From the NCBI GenBank assembly GCA_963695095.1, contig CAVOFT010000001.1, positions 2,176,001 to 2,240,000 on the forward strand: DNA of 64,000 nucleotides. Reading direction: 5' to 3'. The translations under genes and the position numbers were made by a program. Below, piece after piece: positions 61,371 through 64,000 of the stretch. Position 1 is the first letter of the stretch, and every line of letters begins with the position of its first letter. The notes beneath the pieces are model-generated. The model worked only from the letters and a program-made list of their open reading frames with translations. It was not told the origin of the DNA and made no database searches. This DNA comes from an uncultured bacterium (GTDB lineage Bacteria > Krumholzibacteriota > Krumholzibacteriia > JACNKJ01).

Positions 61371-62957
61371 TCAGGGCGCCTGGCCGGTCGCCGGCGGCGC
61401 CGCGGGCGCCGGCGCGGCGGGCGGCCCGATGCGGTCGGGCGGCCCGATGCGATAGAGCGTGTAGACCACGGGGCCTGGCGCGCGCAGGCCCAGGCCCTGC
61501 ACTTCACGGCTGATCAGGGGCAGCAGCATGCGCCCATCCGGCCGCCGCCCCGCGAAACGCGCGGCCACGGGCGCCCGATCGACCAGGTAGTCGGCGGGGT
61601 GCAACTCGAGGAAGGCGAGGCTGCTCACCATCGCCTCGTAGCCCATCCGCTGCCAGAGCTCGGCGATCTCCGGATGGATGAGCCCGCCCAGGTCCACGAT
61701 CCTGCAGTCCGAGTTGAGGCCGAGCACGCCGATGTCGGGAGCGGCCACCCGGCTGCCGGCCGGCGCGCGCAGGGCGAGGTAGTCGGCGATGCGCCCGAGG
61801 CCGGAGTCCAGTTCGGCGCCGAAGCGGCGGGCGTAGGGCTGGACGCGCGTGAAGTAGAGCCCCAGGTTGGGCGCCAGGTGGAGCAGGATGAGCAACGGCA
61901 GCAGGCGCGAGAGGGCCGGCCGCCGCTCGCACCAGAGTTCGAAGCAGTAGATCGCGCCCAGGGGCAGCAGCGGCGTGACGACGAGCAGGTAGCGGCTGAT
62001 CACCTGGACATCGCGCGCCAGGAAGACGACAGGGAGCGCAACGCCCCAGGCCAGCGCCAGCGCGGCGTAGAAGCGCAGGCGCCCGCGCGGGGCCGCCCCC
62101 GCCAGGCTGTGGCGCTTGCGCAGCAGGTCCCGGCAGCGGCCGCCGATGAGGCAGGTCGCCAGACCCAGGCCCGCCACGCCGAGCAGCGCCGCCTGGCTGG
62201 AAACGGGAACGCGCAGGAGACGTCCAGCCTGGACGAGCAGATGGCCCAGACCCTGCCACTGGCCGCTCTTGGCCGCCGCCGTGTGCGGTAGCGCTTCCCC
62301 GAACTGCCACTGGGCGAAGAGCAGCCAGGGGATGACCGGCAGCGCCATGCCGATCGCCAGGGCGAACCAGCGCCGTCGCCAGCGCGCGCTGAGGAGGGCC
62401 GCGCCCAGCAGGAGCGCCGCCAGCAGGTAGAACTCGGGCCGGACCAGGCAGGCCAGGCCGGCGAGCAGGCCGATGGCCAGGACGCCGCCGCGATAGGGCG
62501 CCGCCGCCAGGCGCTCGAAGAGCGCGAGCAGGAGCAGCACGGCCAGGCTGGTCTCCATGCCGGAGGCCGCCCAGCGCAGGAACCAGACCTCGGTGGCGAA
62601 GAGCAGCGTGGCCGCGAGGCGCAGGGTCTCGCTGCGGATGGAACGCGCCGCCAGCCGGTAGAAGACGGGAATCGCGAGCAGGCCGGCGCCCACGGCGAGC
62701 AGCCGCGCCGCCAGCAGGCCCGCCGCCTCGCCGCTGGCGAAGGGCGCGAGCAGCAGCACCCAGAGCGGACTCGTGCTGCCGTAGGAGGGCTCGCCGATGT
62801 TGAAGACCCAGCCGTCGCCCAGCAGCAGATGGCGGGCGTAGACGAGATGGATGTAGGTGTCGTCGGTGACATAGCCCCAGAGCGGCCACTGCGCGAGCAG
62901 GTAGAGCAGGCCGATCGCGAGCAGGTAGCGGCGGGCGGAGCCGGCGGCGATGGTCAT
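61371..62957 (-). CDS. Polytopic GT-C-fold membrane glycosyltransferase-like protein
   Basis: DDTYIH..YARHL..G.G.VFN.GE...GSTSPLW, SGMET, LVRPE, DIGVLG...VDLGGL. Confidence 0.8.
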   Translation of the reverse strand: MTIAAGSARRYLLAIGLLYLLAQWPLWGYVTDDTYIHLVYARHLLLGDGWVFNIGEPSYGSTSPLWVLLLAPFASGEAAGLLAARLLAVGAGLLAIPVFYRLAARSIRSETLRLAATLLFATEVWFLRWAASGMETSLAVLLLLALFERLAAAPYRGGVLAIGLLAGLACLVRPEFYLLAALLLGAALLSARWRRRWFALAIGMALPVIPWLLFAQWQFGEALPHTAAAKSGQWQGLGHLLVQAGRLLRVPVSSQAALLGVAGLGLATCLIGGRCRDLLRKRHSLAGAAPRGRLRFYAALALAWGVALPVVFLARDVQVISRYLLVVTPLLPLGAIYCFELWCERRPALSRLLPLLILLHLAPNLGLYFTRVQPYARRFGAELDSGLGRIADYLALRAPAGSRVAAPDIGVLGLNSDCRIVDLGGLIHPEIAELWQRMGYEAMVSSLAFLELHPADYLVDRAPVAARFAGRRPDGRMLLPLISREVQGLGLRAPGPVVYTLYRIGPPDRIGPPAAPAPAAPPATGQAP

Positions 62958-64000
62958 GGTCGTCTCTCCCTGCGCGAACCCGCCAGGGGTTCGTCGCCGC
63001 TGGCGGCGACAAGCTCATCGAAGAGCGCCGCCATCGCGCGGGCCTGCTCGCGGCGGCTGAAGGCGGCCGGCGCCGGGCGCCGCGGCCACCCCGCGGCCAG
63101 CGCGGTCAGGGCGCTCAGCAAGCCGGCTTTCACGCTCGCCGCCTGCGGCCGGCAGACCCAGCCCAGCGCATGCTCGGCGATCAGGCTCTCGATCTCGCCC
63201 GGCGGCGTGACGGCGAGGATGGGCGGCCCCGCCGCCGCGTACTCGTAGAACTTGCCCGGCACCAGGTCCCGGTAGCGCTCGTCGTCGTGCTTGATGAGGA
63301 GCAGGAGGTCGGCGCCGGCCTGGCGCGCCACGCTCTCGGCGTGGGTGACGGGCGGCTCGAAGCGGACGAGATCGGCGACGCCCGCGGCCTCGGCAGCGGC
63401 CTCGTTGTCGCTCTCGCGCGGGCCGAGAAAGACGAAGCGCAGACGCGCGGCCAGCGCCGGCTGCTCCGCGCGCAGGGCCGCGAGTCCTGCCAGCACGGGC
63501 CGGGCCGAGCGCGTGAGACTGAGCTTGCCCGTGTGCAGGATCTCGATGGTGTCCTTCGGCGCCTGTGGCGCCGACGTCGCCGCCGGCGTCGTGTGCGAGG
63601 GCAGCGCGAAATCGGCCGGATCGAAGCCGTTGCGAATGAGCCGCGGCGGGCGGGCGGCCCGGCGCGCATAGTGCGCCCGCCAGGCTTCGGTGACCGCCAC
63701 CACCTGAGCCCGCGAGAGCAGGGCGGCCTCCATGCGCGCGTGCAAGCGGGCGTGCAGAGGCGTGGGCGGCGTCTTCAGGTGCAGGTTGATCCAGGGATCG
63801 CGGAAGTCGGCCACCCAGGGCAAGCCGCTGGAGGCCGCCAGGCGCTGCGCCACGCGATGGCCGCTGTCGGGCGGGCTGCTCGAGTAGATGAGCTGGATGT
63901 CCCCCGCCGCCAGACGGCGGCGGCCGGCGCGGGTGGCGGGACCGATCCAGCCCGCATAGGCGTCGGGCAGGAGGAAGAAGTCCCCCAGGCGCCGGAGCCG
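62954..64000 (-). CDS. Glycosyltransferase family 4 (5' end outside the window)
   Basis: Frame open to the window edge: LPDAYAGW, SSSPP.S.H, WVADFRDPW, IRNGFD, PGKFYEY...G.PIL. Confidence 0.88.
   Translation of the reverse strand, partial: RLRRLGDFFLLPDAYAGWIGPATRAGRRRLAAGDIQLIYSSSPPDSGHRVAQRLAASSGLPWVADFRDPWINLHLKTPPTPLHARLHARMEAALLSRAQVVAVTEAWRAHYARRAARPPRLIRNGFDPADFALPSHTTPAATSAPQAPKDTIEILHTGKLSLTRSARPVLAGLAALRAEQPALAARLRFVFLGPRESDNEAAAEAAGVADLVRFEPPVTHAESVARQAGADLLLLIKHDDERYRDLVPGKFYEYAAAGPPILAVTPPGEIESLIAEHALGWVCRPQAASVKAGLLSALTALAAGWPRRPAPAAFSRREQARAMAALFDELVAASGDEPLAGSRRERRP

Overview
Very GC-rich bacterial chromosomal window, almost entirely on the minus strand. Two proteins with FlgD-Ig/T9SS-type-A-like C-terminal domains and a gingipain-family protease suggest an FCB-superphylum organism such as Latescibacterota, Krumholzibacteriota or Eisenbacteria (inference only). 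Housekeeping content: ppiD-like PPIase; a folB-folK-dNK-panB-panC-glmU(N-domain)-HIT-LytR_C-DUF4321-tatB operon; groES-groEL under a CIRCE element; uvrB-nadC-birA-coaX; an atypical pyruvate kinase; valS-rodZ; recG; and a dcw cluster from mraZ to ftsZ that lacks ddl but has a STAS gene inside it and a TPR gene after ftsZ. Accessory content: a lower-GC clostripain/lipoprotein islet, a secreted fibre protein with a sorting-domain partner, a propeptide-less C25 protease with FG-GAP repeats, and two glycosyltransferases. The best candidate for an undescribed system is 28.1-34.1 kb. It encodes an MglA/SofG-family Ras-like GTPase with a ~360-aa Pro/Ala extension and no mglB, a Zn-ribbon protein whose C-terminus resembles the myxobacterial GEF subunit RomX, a pseudo-receiver/RsbW kinase, a single-domain response regulator, a TPR protein and an orphan divergent gene, with sigma54-like promoter motifs. 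Three genes (groES, rsmH, the C25 protease) are frameshifted, most simply by sequencing or assembly errors. No rRNA, tRNA, CRISPR array or transposase was recognised. Family assignments come from motif recognition by eye, not from database searches.
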